A stretch of 64,000 nucleotides of DNA, taken from a virus. Shown here in pieces: positions 61,935 to 64,000 of this stretch (position 1 is its first letter; the number at the start of each line of letters is the position of its first letter). The DNA lies in the IMG/VR virus record IMGVR_UViG_3300048587_000705, positions 34,643 to 98,642 of that record; one strand, given 5' to 3'. The notes under the pieces were generated by a model. The model saw only the letters and a list, made by a program, of their open reading frames with translations. It was not told where the DNA came from and ran no database searches. The position numbers and the translations under genes are program-made.

Positions 61935-61974
61935 TTGACAAATTTGGAATTGTTAAATAAAAGTCGTATGTTTG
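61935..61974 (+). promoter_or_regulatory. Bacteroidota -33/-7 promoter with upstream TTGACA
   Basis: TTGACA-AA-TTTG-N20-TATGTTTG. Confidence 0.75.
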
Positions 61975-61998
61975 TATTTTAAATCATAAAATTTAATT

Positions 61999-62272
61999 AT
62001 GAAAGAGGATAGGGATTACGATGATATTATAGAGTTTGGAAAAACTGGTATGAATATTGTAGGAGATACCGAATACAGTCCTGTAAAACAAGATTTTTCT
62101 TGGGATAAAATGGGCGGAGGCTCAACAATATGATATCAATCCCCCGCACGCCTCTGACACAAGCGCAATTTGCGGGGCTTTATTAAAAAATAAAAAGACA
62201 GGACAGGTGAATCTGAACAGCGAAAGCAGGATTACAAAGTCTGAACAGTCTTTTTTTAAAATAAAGGAGTAA
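61999..62272 (+). pseudogene. 44-aa ORF (61999-62133) with a possible +1 frame continuation to 62272
   Basis: MKEDRDY...FSWDK, then after the AAAA run WAEAQQYDINPP...FKIKE* in the +1 frame. Confidence 0.35.
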
Positions 62273-62367
62273 TAAACAAAAACACCGTACCCCGTAAGGT
62301 AAGTGCTGTCGGGGCGAATACAAGAAAACCTATAAGGCACTGGCTGTGAGGTGACACAGACTCCTTT
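62263..62367 (+). ncRNA. Candidate structured RNA
   Basis: GC-rich island: AAAGGAGT/ACTCCTTT closing stem, CCCCG/CGGGG and CTGTG/CACAG hairpins, AGTGCT/GGCACT pseudoknot. Confidence 0.4.
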
Positions 62368-62404
62368 TTTAGTTCTTTACATACGAATACATCGGTATTA
62401 AAAT

Positions 62405-62517
62405 ATTGTTTTAGTTGGGACAAACAATGTAGAAATACAATAAAATAATATTTGATTATTTACCGAAAACCCTCTACGGATAAGACTGTCCCAACTTTAA
62501 GTCTTCTGTAGGGGGTT
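62405..62517 (+). promoter_or_regulatory. Two hairpins with complementary loops in the leader of the PolA-fold gene
   Basis: Loops contain AGTTGGGAC (62413-62421) and GTCCCAACT (62488-62496). Confidence 0.6.
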
Positions 62518-62540
62518 CTTCATTTTATATTATTTTAATC

Positions 62541-64000
62541 TTGCGGAAAACTAAAAAATACACTTACTCCCTTCCCTCGGCACTTGTCGGGGAAATAAAG
62601 CGTATTTTTCCAAAAGACAGCGTCATGTCAAAAAACGACAGAAAAAGGGCGTTCCGTTTTTTCCATACTCTCACTACAAAATCACAGTTGCAGAACGGTA
62701 CCCCGGACGGGTATGTCGAGCTTTCGGCAAGCTACCTTAGAAAAATGTACTCTGGAAACTATCTAAGGTTCCTTAACTCTCTTAGAGAAAACGGTCTTAT
62801 AGAAGGGTACTCCACCGACACGTCAAAAGATTCCTATACAACAGCAAGGGCGACAAACGACTTCACCATGATAAAAGGCAAAGAAAGGAAACCTGTTGCA
62901 AAAAAAATGCGTCTTTGCCCAAAATATTCTTTTGTCTTTTCTTTTATTAACAAAGATAATATAAAAATAAATTCAAATAACAACATTAAATTACAGGATG
63001 ATTTTAAGTTGTTGCCAACTTTTTGCCAAGCCCCGTTAACACAGGTGTCGTACGAGTATTCATCAAAGTCAAAAAAAGAGGATGACGTACTTTTTGAGCA
63101 GGAGTTCTCGGACATGGTGTCAAAGGTAAATATAGACTACCAAAAACTTTATAAAAAGGCACAAGATATTTGTGACAACATTGATGTAAAAAAATACATT
63201 GCCAGCGAGTACGAGGATATGGACAACGTGGTGCCAGTCACCGTGGTCACTTGGGGAAGTTCCGTCCCAATGTCCATATCCTCTGCGTTTAAACTGGCAG
63301 AGAGTAGGTACGAGACACTTTTCAAGGTAAAAGGACGTTATTATATAGCTGGAAGGGAACAGTTCTCAGAGAGGCTGAAAACAAGTAAGTACGCGTCGTA
63401 CGTAAGTTCGATAGACAGGTTGATGGGCGGGGACCTTACGGCAAAAAGAAACGGAACGAACAGAAGGCTCGATACCAATTTTACAAACATGAAGTCCGAC
63501 CTTTTCGGGATAATATGCAAGGACAACGACCTTGTGCAGATAGACCTGTCCAACAGCCAGTTCGCCATACTCGCAAACTACCTGAAAAACGTAAAAGAAA
63601 TGGATACCCCTGATTTTGATATGTTCTATAAAGATGCCATATCTGGAAACCTGTACGAAAAGATATCCAAAAGGACGGGGATAGCCAGAGAGGATGCAAA
63701 GACACTTATGTTCCAGATAATGTTCAACAAGACGGGGGCAAGGATAAAGCACAAAGAGCTTCTTTACGAAATGTACCCTTCGGTCATGGAATATATAGAT
63801 TCTTTTAAAAAACACAGGGGGTATAAAAAATTTTCCGTATATTTGCAGAACCTTGAATCAAAGATATTTATAGACGGTCTGTACCCGTTGATAAAACAGT
63901 GTACGGATATTGTATTTACAAAGCATGATTCGGTTGTTTGCAGAAAAAGGGATTTGGATATAGTTACCGATACCATAAAAGAATATTTCGAGGATAAAGG
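62541..64000 (+). CDS. PolA/T7-polymerase-fold replication protein with no evident exonuclease domain; runs off the window
   Basis: Absent from the ORF track (no stop in window). TTG 62541 or in-frame ATG 62625. Manual translation: NRRLDTNFTN, IDLSNSQ (motif A), REDAKTLMFQIMF (motif B), LQNLES, TKHDS (motif C). Confidence 0.75.
   Translation, partial: MRKTKKYTYSLPSALVGEIKRIFPKDSVMSKNDRKRAFRFFHTLTTKSQLQNGTPDGYVELSASYLRKMYSGNYLRFLNSLRENGLIEGYSTDTSKDSYTTARATNDFTMIKGKERKPVAKKMRLCPKYSFVFSFINKDNIKINSNNNIKLQDDFKLLPTFCQAPLTQVSYEYSSKSKKEDDVLFEQEFSDMVSKVNIDYQKLYKKAQDICDNIDVKKYIASEYEDMDNVVPVTVVTWGSSVPMSISSAFKLAESRYETLFKVKGRYYIAGREQFSERLKTSKYASYVSSIDRLMGGDLTAKRNGTNRRLDTNFTNMKSDLFGIICKDNDLVQIDLSNSQFAILANYLKNVKEMDTPDFDMFYKDAISGNLYEKISKRTGIAREDAKTLMFQIMFNKTGARIKHKELLYEMYPSVMEYIDSFKKHRGYKKFSVYLQNLESKIFIDGLYPLIKQCTDIVFTKHDSVVCRKRDLDIVTDTIKEYFEDK

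Noticed and set aside
1-64000. Stop-codon reassignment, tRNAs, inteins or introns, as seen in some crAss-like phages
   Set aside because: Genes are intact under the standard code and several end in TAG or TGA; I saw no tRNA cloverleaf, intein motif or split core gene by eye.

Overview
This window is part of a large Bacteroidota (probably Flavobacteriia) podovirus genome with crAss-like virion gene order; it contains no bacterial chromosomal genes. The minus strand from about 61.2 kb to beyond position 1 carries one morphogenesis module: small DNA-binding/Zn/Ig genes, terminase, portal, scaffold, major capsid protein, head and tail structural genes, a holin plus GH19 endolysin, a mosaic block of tail fibres/spikes, a solo catalytically intact TnpB, ring and muzzle proteins, and six large ejected ('cargo') proteins. 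The cargo set includes a polyvalent protein with two zincin peptidases, an ADP-ribosyltransferase-like domain and a GNAT. A divergent plus-strand arm starts at about 61.3 kb, with small ORFs, structured non-coding DNA and a PolA-fold gene that runs off the window. The most unusual feature is two near-identical 99-bp elements with TnpB omegaRNA architecture but no protein. Each appears inserted inside an AT^G start codon, leaving TTG, so the first codons of the downstream gene would be its guide. Other highlights: the TnpB gene is flanked by duplicated -7 promoter boxes; kissing-loop hairpins precede the PolA-fold gene; Q/K-x-GG motifs separate modules in two cargo proteins; and a 75-aa domain occurs three times in two virion proteins. 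All family assignments come from motif recognition and gene order, not database searches.
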